Counted from the stretch's first letter, positions 20,201 through 30,288 are shown. The stretch is DNA of 64,000 nt from Sedimentisphaerales bacterium (GCA_963663965.2 CAXXFK010000030.1:224001-288000); one strand, 5' to 3'. Notes: generated by a model from the sequence alone, not told the origin. A program made the numbers and translations.

Positions 20201-20996
20201 CGGTCAGCAGGTCACTCCAGGATTTTTCCAGGGTATTGACCAGACCCTCATCCCCGGCGATATCGTTACGGATGGACGAAAGTTCGCGCCGGATTTCGAC
20301 ATACTTGCGGGCGGCCGCCTGTTTTTCGGGATCGTCTTTGCCCGCCAGGCTTTCGATGCGGGCGACCTGGTTGGGTTCATCGAGGGTTGCCCAGTCGCGC
20401 GCCAGAAAATCCAGACTGCGAATACGAGCGTCCAGTTCTTTTTCTTTCAGAACGGCAACCGCGGCTTCCAGTTCGGTACCGGTTTTTTCCAGTTGCTCGC
20501 GCGCGGCATTGACGGCGTCATTGTCGGCAGCGAGTTGTTCCAGTTTGGCCAGGCGGTCCTGATTGTTTTCGCCGGCGATGCGTTTAAGACCGGCTTCGCG
20601 GGCTTCGCCGGTCAGGTTTAAAACCGCTTGCACTGCAGGACGGGTCAGGTTGTAGCTTTCGAGCTCTTCCAGCGCATCCCGGTAGGCCGTTCGTTTCGCC
20701 CGGGTTTCCTGATCGGCCAGCGGCATCTGGATTTCGATATAGTCGGTGCCATGCGGACGCCAGATCAGATTGCGTTTGCTGCCCGGGTCGATACGGCGTT
20801 GCAGGATGCGGATCATATCAGTCGCAACCGTCTGTTTTTGTGTTTCCGGCATTCCTTCCGTATTGATCTGGTAAAGCAAGCTGGCGCCGCCGGCCAGGTC
20901 GATACCGGGTTTGAGCTTCTGCTTGGGAGGATAAATATGCCAGATGCATAAAACCATCAATAAAATCACAATGATAAATTTTGTCTTTTTATTCAT
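17292..20996 (-). CDS. secDF: Protein translocase SecD-SecF fusion with large periplasmic insertions
   Basis: GIDLAGG, GPTLG, GMAVDANVLIFERIREE, IEFTGG, GYSLNDTIVIFDRIREN. Confidence 0.96.
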   Translation of the reverse strand: MNKKTKFIIVILLMVLCIWHIYPPKQKLKPGIDLAGGASLLYQINTEGMPETQKQTVATDMIRILQRRIDPGSKRNLIWRPHGTDYIEIQMPLADQETRAKRTAYRDALEELESYNLTRPAVQAVLNLTGEAREAGLKRIAGENNQDRLAKLEQLAADNDAVNAAREQLEKTGTELEAAVAVLKEKELDARIRSLDFLARDWATLDEPNQVARIESLAGKDDPEKQAAARKYVEIRRELSSIRNDIAGDEGLVNTLEKSWSDLLTVNIDMARLKKYLAIGGNTRTEELNAIKEANPDNIDTLIDKVVVAYDAYAKVSGRLDDTEDLKRLLRGSGVLEFRILPSGSETDLEGSVNKYTEDLERKGPIGASTANYVWKKIREPQDFNAAGIRGTFADEQYILCSNKPEETLLHEPGEKVWKLTEAKPWQDQYGSPAVSFSFNALGADRFYRLTKDNLQRPLCIMLDDEAITGPNIQSAISSSGIITGRFSQQQVLDMVDKLNAGSLPARLGDQPISENIIGPTLGRDNLHAGMVAGIIGLVLVVLFMLVYYSFAGALADLALLMNMVIIIGVMGFSGATFTMPGIAALILTIGMAVDANVLIFERIREERERGCSLWVAIQNGYSRAFWTIFDANVTTFIVALILYAAASEEVKGFALALMIGIVSSMFTALFVTRMIFDFMHEKNLLRDKLSMMQFIKNANFDWLGKRTVFWGISIVLCGLCLIAFVKGNANQINPLYSIEFTGGTEVHVQLTQAGADSLKNDSAIAGTTIREKIESRIKAIAGENAQLAASRVQSVGKPEELRFSIVTTETNRQEVTVHLPQDKAMTADAFLAAVKTEAGKLKDRRLLQSTVTPGSQAGTLIMVTDQTNRNRIERLMGAIVPDAVLGWETREIVGDAVKEALAGKLNIIDSLEPQNVTAQPINEELLQNKPYLAPFKNGVLVSATLGEGKTETLERIDGRLEKTRTDSTFDQFKYFGDYALFSNGQGKDTLTTPVNTVELAMTNKSILYTAAEESQWNEYQGDVQARFVAALSQKASFDRMTQIDPSVGMKAMLAAARAIVFSLLAIIVYVWVRFGNIRFGIAAVVALIHDVIVSVGMVSASRWLAGHGGEALLISDFKIDLPMIAGFLTIIGYSLNDTIVIFDRIRENRGKQIVLSKKIINNSINQTLSRTILTSLTTLIVVLVMYVAGGDGLRGFNYVLLIGIISGTYSTVAIASPLLYGAKDEPAAETEPA

Positions 20997-21081
20997 ACAA
21001 CGCCTTTAATAACATAAGTACTAAACTGACACCAAGTCTTTATAGTTTCGTCCTTTATAACCCTTGACTTGAATATTTCAT

Positions 21082-21576
21082 TTATGACTTCGAATCCTTC
21101 TGGTCATCCGTGATTACCGTAGCGATCGCATTTCGTACGAAGGTCATCTTGGTATTATTCGATTCATCCACTTTTACGACCACTTCATTTTCGTTGACCT
21201 CAACCACTTTCCCGATGATACCACCGATCGTACGGATTTTCTGGCCGCGTTTGAGGTTTTCCATCATTTGTTTGAGTTCCTTTTGGCGCTTCTGGGGCCC
21301 CCGGAACATGAAAAAGTAAATCACGACCAACATCAGGCCCATGATTAACAGCTGATGCTGCCATGGGTTGGTGGTTTGGTGTTCAGGGGTACCCTGCGGC
21401 GGGTTACCGGTGGGATCCCCTTTGCTGTCCAGTGAGACAGGCATCTGCTGGTTGCTATTGTCTGAATTGGCATTTCCGGTCGCACTTCCATCGGTTGTGA
21501 CAACATCGCCTGAAGTTGTACCCGGGGCGGCTTCCGTCTGGGCCAGCAGGCACGCCATGTTGATAATGTATGCCAT
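21082..21576 (-). CDS. yajC: Preprotein translocase subunit YajC with an N-terminal extension
   Basis: YFFMFRGPQKRQK..TIGGIIG. AAAGGA RBS before the ATG at 21576. Lies upstream of secDF. Confidence 0.92.
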   Translation of the reverse strand: MAYIINMACLLAQTEAAPGTTSGDVVTTDGSATGNANSDNSNQQMPVSLDSKGDPTGNPPQGTPEHQTTNPWQHQLLIMGLMLVVIYFFMFRGPQKRQKELKQMMENLKRGQKIRTIGGIIGKVVEVNENEVVVKVDESNNTKMTFVRNAIATVITDDQKDSKS

Positions 21577-22064
21577 AATACATCCTTTCTGGTTCCGATA
21601 ACTGTCTCGATCATGTGAGACCAAAATTCCTGATAAAAACAAGCCGGGTATTATAACCTCTATTCTCCGGTGAAACCACAATTTTTTCCTGTATCCGTGT
21701 TAAACCAGTGAAAATTGATAATAAACAGAAGTATAACGCATACATCAGAATAGACGGTAACGTTCTGGTCAAGAGTTGAGGTTTGAAAATGATTCGGGAT
21801 GGGGTTCGTTTAGAATGGGTGTTCCGCTTTGTTGGGCGTATTCATAAGGACCGCATAGAAAGGTCCGATAATGACATAATCAGGGTTTTATTGTCAGACT
21901 GATTTGGATAGCGAAATACACCAGCGAATGGATGGGGATAAGTTCTGATCGGTGAAGATGGGGTAGGCAAAGGATCCGCTTGGGGTCAACTGTTTTTAAG
22001 TGTTTATTAATTAAATAATTACACAATATAATGGTTGAGTCAGTCAGAATGGGACAGGAAATAT

Positions 22065-22098
22065 AAAAGGAAACAGACCGGCTAGCCGGTCTGTTTCC
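22065..22098 (-). terminator. Perfect 30-bp palindrome / intrinsic terminator downstream of the sigma factor gene
   Basis: GGAAACAGACCGGCTAGCCGGTCTGTTTCC (22069-22098) followed by TTTT on minus. Confidence 0.75.
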
Positions 22099-22266
22099 AG
22101 TTCAAAACGAGAACATTAAGGAGTTTTGCAAATGGGGCCTTCCTGAGGAGGGAAGGAGATTTACAAGTGTGTGTCTGTTATGCGTAATGTCTGTTTTTCG
22201 TAATAAGTTTCTCGCAGAAAACCAATGTCATTTTTGTTGTCTTCACTTGTCATAATATTATAGCAT

Positions 22267-23154
22267 TCAAACTGACAAAAGACGTTCTTCGGCAACAGAT
22301 TTTAATTTTGACAAGGCAGAATTTTGAATCTGGCGGATTCTTTCTTTGGTCAATCCGAGGGTTTCGCCTACGCTTTTCAGGGTCATGGGCTTGCTATACT
22401 GATCGCCAAGGGAGAAGCGCATTTTGACCACAGATTTTTCTAACTCGTTTAAATCTGCAAGGTTGCGTTGCATAATGATGTCGACTTCATGGGCCAGGTC
22501 TTCCTGGTGTTCCACCCGGTTGTGCTCGTTGAGGTCGGGCCGTTCCATGGCCGGATCAAGTTGAGCGGGAAACCGGGTATGGTAATTGTAAAATTGTTTC
22601 GCGGCGCGAGAAAATCCTTTCATAATTGCGCGGCAGGCATACGTGCTGAATTTGAAACCCTTGGTGAAATCAAATTTTTCCACCGAACGCAGTAATGCCA
22701 TGCTGCCTTCGCTGACCAGGTCGGTGAATTCCACGCCAGGATATTTAATTTTCTGGGCCAGTGAGAGGACCAGTCCCATGTTACTGGTGACTATCTGGCT
22801 GCGGCAATTCAATTGACGCTGATTGAGAGCCAATAATTCCCGGACATCTTCCATGTCCCAGTTGGCCAGACGTAACAGTTTGCGTCGAACCAGGCACATG
22901 CGATGGCGGGAGTAATTCATCTGGGCGAAGAGCGTGACTTCCTGATCTTTTTTCAGGGCTTTACCCGGGGTAATGATCACTTCCTGTTGCAAAATGGCAT
23001 TCATGATAGACGGACGATTAAAATTGTCGCCGGGTATATAGGCAATGGCTTCAACCATCAGTTTATCGAGAATATGTTTTTCGGGAGTGCTTAACGGCAG
23101 GCTTTGAATTTTATCTTCAAATCGAGAACTCTGAATGGGCTCTTGAGATTTCAT
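22267..23154 (-). CDS. Alternative sigma-70 family factor (RpoD-like regions 2 and 4)
   Basis: NMGLV, DLVSEG, KFDFTKGFKFSTYA, TLKSVGETLGLTKERIRQIQ. Confidence 0.93.
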   Translation of the reverse strand: MKSQEPIQSSRFEDKIQSLPLSTPEKHILDKLMVEAIAYIPGDNFNRPSIMNAILQQEVIITPGKALKKDQEVTLFAQMNYSRHRMCLVRRKLLRLANWDMEDVRELLALNQRQLNCRSQIVTSNMGLVLSLAQKIKYPGVEFTDLVSEGSMALLRSVEKFDFTKGFKFSTYACRAIMKGFSRAAKQFYNYHTRFPAQLDPAMERPDLNEHNRVEHQEDLAHEVDIIMQRNLADLNELEKSVVKMRFSLGDQYSKPMTLKSVGETLGLTKERIRQIQNSALSKLKSVAEERLLSV

Positions 23155-23220
23155 GATTTTTGCCTCCTGGGGATAAATGTCATTAATGTTCTCAAGCTAA
23201 TACACACTTAGTAGCTAATA

Positions 23221-23236
23221 AGCAACACTTATGCCA
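23221..23236 (-). promoter_or_regulatory. Sigma54 (-24/-12) promoter
   Basis: The minus strand reads TGGCATAAGTGTTGCT (GG-N10-GC), about 67 nt upstream of the sigma factor ATG. Confidence 0.75.
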
Positions 23237-23320
23237 GAGAGGCGGCTGTGAATTAAATATTTATAACCGATTTATTTATAATAAGATATGGAATTAAATT
23301 AATAAGGGATTTCGAGAGAG

Positions 23321-23552
23321 GTGTCTCATTTAAAAATATCAAAGGGAGACACTGGAAAGGCCCATCCTTATTATAAACCCGAAAAACAGTCAATTGCGCT
23401 GTGTATCATTATTCATGTGATACACCGGATAGGAGTCAGATGTCAATAAGTCTTGTTTTTAAATGATATTACAATGTTAAACCTGAATAAACCATCTCTC
23501 TTCAAGAATTCATTACGGGCGTATCACTTAATTGTTGTGTTAGATGATACAC
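23321..23552. promoter_or_regulatory. Three inverted-repeat pairs (GTGTMTCA..TGAKACAC), putative enhancer-binding-protein sites
   Basis: Pairs at 23321-23327/23346-23352, 23401-23408/23418-23425 and 23521-23526/23545-23550. Confidence 0.55.
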
Positions 23553-23599
23553 ATCATGATTTCCTGAACCGGGATCTCACGTTTTCTACTATAATTATA

Positions 23600-24436
23600 T
23601 CACTGCCGAACCAAAAAATAACAATCGCGGCATTTTTTTAATAAATTTTCCATTTGATCCATCGGCAGCATGCAGGCGGCATCGCTGAGGGCATTTTGAG
23701 GTTGAGGATGTGTTTCGATAAACAGCCCGTCCGCACCTGCGGCGACGGCCGCCAAAGCCAGGATACCAGCCATATCGGGAGCGCCGCCTGAGGCATTGCC
23801 CAGTCCGCCGGGTTGCTGGGTTGAATGGGTGGCATCCATTACCACGGGATATCCGGTCCGGCGCATCACCTCAATACCGGTCATATCACAGACTAATCGA
23901 TTGTACCCGAATGATGTCCCCCGTTCGACCAGTATAATATTGTCATTCCCGGTTTCTTTAATTTTATTGATAATGTTGGTCATATCCCAGGGGGCGGCAA
24001 ACTGGGCTTTCTTGACCTGGACACATTTTCCGGTTCTTCCGGCGGCCTGTACCAGATCGGTCTGGCGAGACAAAAAAGCCGGGATTTGCAATACATCGAC
24101 CACCTGGCCACAGGGTTGGGCTTGTTCGGGCCAGTGGATATCGGTGACGATCGGGACATTAAAACGTTGTCTGATATCTGACAGTATTTTCAAGCCTTCC
24201 TCCAGGCCGGGACCACGAAAACTGGCCCCGCTGGAACGATTGGCTTTATCGAAACTGGCTTTAAACAGGTATCCAATCTGCAATCGTTCGCAGAGGGTGG
24301 TCAGAAATTCCGCGATTTTCATGCATAGATCTCTGTTTTCAATCACGCAAGGTCCGGCGATCACCGTAAAATTCGATTCTCCGCCGATGATCGCCTGTTT
24401 GATCGTCTCGCTTCCAAGGGTAACGGCTTTTGTCAT
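23600..24436 (-). CDS. kdsA: KDO 8-phosphate synthase
   Basis: IAGPCVIE, KASFDKANRSS, LQIPAFLSRQTDL, ERGTSFGY, DATHS, ETHP. Confidence 0.96.
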   Translation of the reverse strand: MTKAVTLGSETIKQAIIGGESNFTVIAGPCVIENRDLCMKIAEFLTTLCERLQIGYLFKASFDKANRSSGASFRGPGLEEGLKILSDIRQRFNVPIVTDIHWPEQAQPCGQVVDVLQIPAFLSRQTDLVQAAGRTGKCVQVKKAQFAAPWDMTNIINKIKETGNDNIILVERGTSFGYNRLVCDMTGIEVMRRTGYPVVMDATHSTQQPGGLGNASGGAPDMAGILALAAVAAGADGLFIETHPQPQNALSDAACMLPMDQMENLLKKCRDCYFLVRQ

Positions 24437-24747
24437 ATCGATCCTGTCTGCTTATGAGATTCAAAAGGTTATTTATTACTATTCCACCGATAAAACGACT
24501 GATCATCACCTGAATTCCCTGATATACGAAAGAGATAGATGATAAAAAGATCAGTCAGCGGTCTTTTTTATTAATGAAACCCGGATATATTCAATCCAGG
24601 TTTTTCTGGCAATGATGTAAAAGATCATAATCGACCAGAGCAATTCATGCAATTATACCTTGATAAAATGTTTTTTTATTGTCAGGTGACATTCGGATTG
24701 TTAAATTGAAGCGAATTATTAGGTTATTGTTATGTGGAGGTTTGCAC

Positions 24748-24921
24748 ATGGATCTTGGTTTTGAAGATAAAGTGATAGCGGCAGCATACCTGCTGTGTTT
24801 GTTAAGTTGTTTATTGTGCGTTATTTATGGTGCATTGCGCTGGAATACCGGTGATGAGGCGGCTACTGGAGAAGATGTCCAGTGGGCTTCGGAAGAAAAG
24901 AAAATTGAAGATGAGTTCTGA
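24748..24921 (+). CDS. Small single-TM protein of the solute-symporter accessory type
   Basis: GGAGG RBS. LGFED..AAYLLCLLSCLLCVIYGALRWN..W..EE is characteristic of this family. Confidence 0.7.
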   Translation: MDLGFEDKVIAAAYLLCLLSCLLCVIYGALRWNTGDEAATGEDVQWASEEKKIEDEF

Positions 24922-25188
24922 CGCGTCACTGAAGAATTCCGGTCTTCAGCAGGGATAAATTGCTTATTACTATTGAAATCAGGCCTGATTGAATAAATTG
25001 AAGTGAAAGTCAGGCAATTTTTTTATAGTTTTTCACCGTTTAACCGATAACAATTCGGCGCAGGCTTAATATTTTTGATTTTTTACGACCATTGTTTTTG
25101 ACACTGATAATAGTATGAGTCGCTCAAAAGTAGGAGCGAAATCGATTAGTGGTATATACTTTTTTGGTTTTTTGATGGAGGCACAACT

Positions 25189-26568
25189 ATGAAAACCAGA
25201 ACCTTTATGGCGGCTATCGTCCTGTTGATGGTAGCATTTTGGGTCCTGCCGGCGGTCGCGCAGGAAGACAACCGCTTTACCAAAGCCCGGGTTGACGAAA
25301 TTAAGAATCCGGTTCCCTGGCTCCACTGGGGATTCGATCAACGCATCCGGGAAGTTTACGCTGAAAACATTATCACTCCCAATGACGATATCGATCCGAT
25401 CGATCGCTGGCATTTTGGCCGTTATCGTTCCCGTTTGTGGAGTCAGTTTGATCTGGCGGAAGGCGTACAGCTGGACACCCGGTTAATGTGGGAATGGCGT
25501 TACTGGGACGGTCCTGACCGGGGTGTTCGGGATCAGAACGTTAATTTTGATGAAGTCATGTTCGACCATTTAAATGTGAAATTCAGCAATGCCTTTGGCG
25601 CCCCGCTGGATATCACGGTCGGTCGTCAGGATATTATCCTGGGTAACGGCTGGCTGGTCCTGGATGGGACTCCGATGGATGGATCGCGGACGATCTTCTT
25701 CGATGCCGCCCGTTTTACCTACAAACTGGAAGACGCCCAAACGAATGTCGATTTGATCTATCTGGAGATGCGTCCGGAAGCCGATCAGACCATCAAGCCC
25801 TTCAACGATCGTAATCGCGTTGACGGTCTGACCCAGCAGGAAGAACGCGGCGTTATTTTGAATGTAGCCAACAAATCGCTGGTTCCCAACGCCACCCTGG
25901 AAGGTTTCTTCATGTGGAAGAACGATGTTCCGGATGATGATATTGCGTTATCCAACGATGGCGATATCTACACCGTGGGCGCCCGGATTGACGGCGCGTT
26001 CGATGACAACTGGAAATATCGCGGCGAAGGCGCCATTCAGTTAGGCGATAAAAACTACCAGAGTATTTGTGCCCAGGGCGCCAATACCCGGTTGAGCTAT
26101 TGCTTTAACGACAGCTATGCCACCAAACTGCATTGCGGTTATGAATATCTATCCGGCGATGAAAACTCCAGCGGCAATCGCACCGAGCAATTCGATCCGC
26201 TGTGGGGCCGCTGGCCGCAATGGAGCGAGTTGTATGTTTACACCTACGCCTCGGAAACCCGGATTGGGGAAACCACCAACCTGCATCGCTGGTTTGTAGG
26301 TGGCGAATTCCAACCGTGTACGCCGATCAAACTGTCCGCGAACTACCATCTGCTCTTTGCCGACGAAACCCCGATGGAAAACACCGTCGCCTTTAATGAC
26401 GGTCACAAATACCGCGGTCAACTGGCCAATGTCAATATGGGATACAAAATCAATGATTACTGGTCCGGCCATCTGCTGGGCGAATTCTTCATCCCGGGCA
26501 ATTATTATGAACGCGATTACCGTGATGAAGCGATGTTCCTGCGGGCCGAATTGATGTTAACGTTCTAA
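25189..26568 (+). CDS. Alginate-export-family outer-membrane beta-barrel
   Basis: Signal peptide, VGRQDIILGNGWLV, YEYLSGD, FDPLWG, terminal Phe. Confidence 0.8.
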   Translation: MKTRTFMAAIVLLMVAFWVLPAVAQEDNRFTKARVDEIKNPVPWLHWGFDQRIREVYAENIITPNDDIDPIDRWHFGRYRSRLWSQFDLAEGVQLDTRLMWEWRYWDGPDRGVRDQNVNFDEVMFDHLNVKFSNAFGAPLDITVGRQDIILGNGWLVLDGTPMDGSRTIFFDAARFTYKLEDAQTNVDLIYLEMRPEADQTIKPFNDRNRVDGLTQQEERGVILNVANKSLVPNATLEGFFMWKNDVPDDDIALSNDGDIYTVGARIDGAFDDNWKYRGEGAIQLGDKNYQSICAQGANTRLSYCFNDSYATKLHCGYEYLSGDENSSGNRTEQFDPLWGRWPQWSELYVYTYASETRIGETTNLHRWFVGGEFQPCTPIKLSANYHLLFADETPMENTVAFNDGHKYRGQLANVNMGYKINDYWSGHLLGEFFIPGNYYERDYRDEAMFLRAELMLTF

Positions 26569-26596
26569 TCCGAGATCCGGTAAGTCTGTGATTGTT

Positions 26597-26628
26597 AAGA
26601 GATGGGCATTTCGCTCATCTCTTTTTTT
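26597..26628 (+). terminator. Intrinsic terminator between convergent genes
   Basis: AAGAGATGGGC..GCTCATCTCTT followed by a T-run. Confidence 0.7.
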
Positions 26629-27652
26629 ACGCATGGATCGGAGCGGTGATATTCTGGCGGGATTCTTCCGAGTGATCCAACGAGTCGAGGAACGCCGTTA
26701 CCAACCGTGGATCCATGGTGGTGCCGGCTTCCTTGATCATGATTTGTTTGGCTTCATGGTTTGACATGGAGTCACGATAGGGACGTTTGGTCGTTAAGGC
26801 ATCCCAGACATCGGCAATTTGAATGATCCTGGCCAGCAGAGGAGATTCTTCACCTTGCAGCCGGTCCGGATAGCCGCTGCCGTCATAATGTTCATGATGG
26901 TATTTAACCGCCAGCAGAATCCCTTCCAGCGCATCAACCGGTTCCAGCACTTTATATCCTTTTAGGGGGTGGGTTTTGATTTGCTCGAATTCCCAGTCGG
27001 TCAGTTTACCTTTTTTTAACAGGATTGCGTCAGGGATCCCGATTTTGCCAATATCATGAACCCGGCCGGCCCACTGGAGCAATTGCATCTCTAAAGGATC
27101 AAGCTGTATGAATTCACCCAGTTTACAGGCATAATACGCGACTCGTTCGGAGTGTCCGCTGGTATATTCATCCTTAGCTTCCATGGCCCGTACCAGCGAT
27201 GAAATGGTTTGCCGGTAAGCGGTTTCGAGTTTCTGTGAAACTTCTTCAGCCGATTTCAGGCGGAGAAAGACTTTGATTTTGGCCATCAGTTCATCGCCGT
27301 GAAACGGTTTGGTAATATAGTCTTCCGCCCCGGAATGATATCCGGCCAGTCGTTCAATCGTGGTTTTCTGGGATGAGATAAAGATGATTTTGGAATGGGG
27401 CAATTTACCGTTAATGCGAAGCTGTTTGCAGACTTCATACCCATCGATACCGGGCAGCACGATATCCAGCAGGATGATATCCGGATTAAAATTATCGGCC
27501 AGTTCCAACGCCTCTTCGCCCGTCGAGCAAATTTCCAGAATGTAATTGAGATGCAGCAATTCCGCCAGATAGATCTGGTTGGAGCGGCTGTCCTCGACAA
27601 TCAGGATTTTGGGTTTTGTCGAAGGTTGGGATGCTAACATTTGATTGATCAT
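26627..27652 (-). CDS. Response regulator with an HD-GYP phosphodiesterase domain
   Basis: REC (IVEDS, LLDIVLPG, KPF) plus GHSERV, HDIGK, HHEHYDGSGYP, ADVWDA. Confidence 0.93.
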   Translation of the reverse strand: MINQMLASQPSTKPKILIVEDSRSNQIYLAELLHLNYILEICSTGEEALELADNFNPDIILLDIVLPGIDGYEVCKQLRINGKLPHSKIIFISSQKTTIERLAGYHSGAEDYITKPFHGDELMAKIKVFLRLKSAEEVSQKLETAYRQTISSLVRAMEAKDEYTSGHSERVAYYACKLGEFIQLDPLEMQLLQWAGRVHDIGKIGIPDAILLKKGKLTDWEFEQIKTHPLKGYKVLEPVDALEGILLAVKYHHEHYDGSGYPDRLQGEESPLLARIIQIADVWDALTTKRPYRDSMSNHEAKQIMIKEAGTTMDPRLVTAFLDSLDHSEESRQNITAPIHA

Positions 27653-27728
27653 AAGTCAGTCATTTTCTTCCGAAAATAATTCCTTGAAAACCGTAAGCCA
27701 ACCGAACCGTCTGTGGTCCTGGTTTCTG

Positions 27729-28820
27729 TCAGCTTTTCACCGGTGCAAGATCCTGGTAACATAATTTAACAATGGCCGGCGCTATTTCATTGAGTGGCAC
27801 GATTTTGTCAACGGCGCCTTTTTTGACGGCTTCTTTGGGCATGCCATACACCACACAGGATTTTTCATCCTGGGCGATGGTGAACGCGCCCGCCTCTTTC
27901 ATTTCGAGCATGCCCTGGGCGCCATCATCCCCCATCCCGGTCATAATCACTCCCACCGCATTGGCACCCAGATAATGGGCCGCCGAGCGAAACAGCACGT
28001 CAACCGAAGGACGGTGCCGCGTCACCAGCGGTCCTTCGCGAACTTCGACGAAATAACGGGCTCCGCTGCGTTTGATCAGCGTGTGAAAATTCCCCGGCGC
28101 GATTAACGCGCGCCCCTGGATAACACTATCATTATTCTGGGCTTCTTTGACGGTAATCTGGCAGCTTTCATTAAGCCGCTGGGCAAATGAAGCGGTGAAC
28201 TTTTCCGGCATGTGCTGCACAATGACAATACCCGGCGCATCCGGGGGAAGCGCTTCGAGAAAATCTTTCAAGGCTTCCGTGCCTCCTGTCGAGGCTCCGA
28301 CTACGACGACTTTTTCCGTTGTTTTGAGCATGGCCCTGGAAGTGGGGCGCGCGATCACGGCATCGGCCGTCAGCTTTTTCTGGACCGGCCGTGAAGCCCG
28401 CGCGATTGGACGCACTTTGGCCTGGGCGGCGGCTTTGACGGTATCGCAGATGAGGATGCGCGATTCTTCGAGAAATTTTTTGACGCCCATTTTCGGTTTG
28501 GTGATGATTTCGACCGCGCCGAACTCCATGGCCTTGAAGGTGGTTTCGCAATTCGATTCGGTCAGGCTCGAACACATGACGACCGGCACCGGATGCTGGC
28601 TCATCAGCTTTTGCAGGAAGGTGATGCCATCCATGCGCGGCATTTCAACATCCAGGGTAATGACATCCGGCTTATCTTTGCGTAATTTTTCCGCGGCGAT
28701 AAAGGGATCCGGGGCCGAGGCGATTACTTCAATATTCGGATCGGAATTGAGAATGTCGGTCAAAGCCTGACGCACAACGGCAGAATCATCAACGACTAAT
28801 ACTTTGATGGTGTTATTCAT
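27729..28820 (-). CDS. cheB: Chemotaxis methylesterase
   Basis: REC plus [29 protein letters not shown]. Confidence 0.97.
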   Translation of the reverse strand: MNNTIKVLVVDDSAVVRQALTDILNSDPNIEVIASAPDPFIAAEKLRKDKPDVITLDVEMPRMDGITFLQKLMSQHPVPVVMCSSLTESNCETTFKAMEFGAVEIITKPKMGVKKFLEESRILICDTVKAAAQAKVRPIARASRPVQKKLTADAVIARPTSRAMLKTTEKVVVVGASTGGTEALKDFLEALPPDAPGIVIVQHMPEKFTASFAQRLNESCQITVKEAQNNDSVIQGRALIAPGNFHTLIKRSGARYFVEVREGPLVTRHRPSVDVLFRSAAHYLGANAVGVIMTGMGDDGAQGMLEMKEAGAFTIAQDEKSCVVYGMPKEAVKKGAVDKIVPLNEIAPAIVKLCYQDLAPVKS

Positions 28821-28828
28821 GGCTATTT

Positions 28829-29713
28829 TCAAATTCCTGTTTTTCTGAAGATGGTTGGAACAATACGTTCCAGGTCAACGTCGATCCCGCTTAATGTTTC
28901 AGAATGCCCCACGAATAAATAACCTCCCGGTTTGAGGTAGTGATATAATTTTTTGATCACTTTGCTTTTGGTGACATAGTCAAAGTAGATAATCACATTC
29001 CGGCAAAAGATCGCATCCATTTTCATGCCCAGATTATAATCGGGATCCATGAAATTCAGCCGGCCGAACGTGATTTTTTTACGTAATTCCGGGACCACGC
29101 GATAGTGACCCAGCTGGTGCCCTTTGCCCGCCATGAGGTATTTTTTTCGAAAAGGTTTCGGAATCGGGGCAATCAGCGCCTCCGGATAGACGGCCTGCCT
29201 GGCTTTTTTCAGGACTTTTATGGCGATATCGGTTGCCAGAATGGAATAATCGCCGGGTCGCTGGGAGAAAAAGTCCTCCAGGACCATCGCCAGGGTGTAG
29301 GGCTCTTCACCGGTCGAACACCCGGCGCTCCAGAACTGCAAATGCCCGTCTTTCTGGAAATGTCTGGTTTTAACGATATCAGGCAGCGCTTTCTGCGTCA
29401 GAAACGCAAAGTGATTGTCCTCACGGAAGAAATCCGTTTTGTTGGTGGTCACGGCATCGACCAGCGAGACCAATTCTCTAATGCGCAAATTGGCGTCATC
29501 CAGATAGCGCAGATAATCCTGAAACGACTGCAATCCCAGGGCTTTCAGGCGTTTGCCCAGGCGCGCTGACAGCATGGATCGTTTTTCGGGTTTTAAATGG
29601 ATACCACATTCATCGTAGATTAAGTCGATAAAAGTTGACAATTCACTATCGGTCAATAAGGGTATCAGATTGTCATAGGATGAATTACGCTGGATATTAT
29701 CAGGCATAAGCAC
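28829..29713 (-). CDS. cheR: Chemotaxis methyltransferase
   Basis: [37 protein letters not shown]. Confidence 0.97.
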   Translation of the reverse strand: MLMPDNIQRNSSYDNLIPLLTDSELSTFIDLIYDECGIHLKPEKRSMLSARLGKRLKALGLQSFQDYLRYLDDANLRIRELVSLVDAVTTNKTDFFREDNHFAFLTQKALPDIVKTRHFQKDGHLQFWSAGCSTGEEPYTLAMVLEDFFSQRPGDYSILATDIAIKVLKKARQAVYPEALIAPIPKPFRKKYLMAGKGHQLGHYRVVPELRKKITFGRLNFMDPDYNLGMKMDAIFCRNVIIYFDYVTKSKVIKKLYHYLKPGGYLFVGHSETLSGIDVDLERIVPTIFRKTGI

Positions 29714-29725
29714 TTTCCTGGAAAA

Positions 29726-30265
29726 TCAAGTTTCAAGTTCCGCTTCATCCGCCTCATCATCAGTCGGAAGCAGCGATGCGTTGGCGCCGATATCTTTTAA
29801 TGCAGACAGTTCTTCGGTGGACAATACCCGCTCGACATCGAGAATAATAATAAACAAATCATCGCGTTTGCCCATGCCTTTGATGAATTCGGTTTTCAGC
29901 CGGGCGCCAATTCGCGGCGGCGGTTCAATCTGACTGTCGTCGATTTCGAGCACTTCCTGTACCGAGTCCGCCAGGGCGCCGATCTGGATCAATTCGCCGT
30001 CCATTTCCACTTCGGTAATCACAATGCAGGTGTCCACGGTGCGTTCCCCGCTTTTCATGCCCAGAATCAGGCGCAGATCAATCACCGGCACGACATTGCC
30101 GCGCAGATTAATGACACCCAGCATGAAAGGAGGAGTGCGTGGAATCCGGGTGATCGTGGTAAAATCCAGCACTTCGCGCACATGTGAGATTTCCAGGGCG
30201 AAATCCTCCTGTGCCAGCGAAAAAGTCAGGTACTGATTCATTTCTATAGCTTGATCCGTTTGCAT
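29726..30265 (-). CDS. cheW: Chemotaxis coupling protein
   Basis: QYLTF, GVINLRGNVVPVIDLR. Confidence 0.96.
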   Translation of the reverse strand: MQTDQAIEMNQYLTFSLAQEDFALEISHVREVLDFTTITRIPRTPPFMLGVINLRGNVVPVIDLRLILGMKSGERTVDTCIVITEVEMDGELIQIGALADSVQEVLEIDDSQIEPPPRIGARLKTEFIKGMGKRDDLFIIILDVERVLSTEELSALKDIGANASLLPTDDEADEAELET

Positions 30266-30288
30266 ACGATCTATCTCCTAAATTTGGA

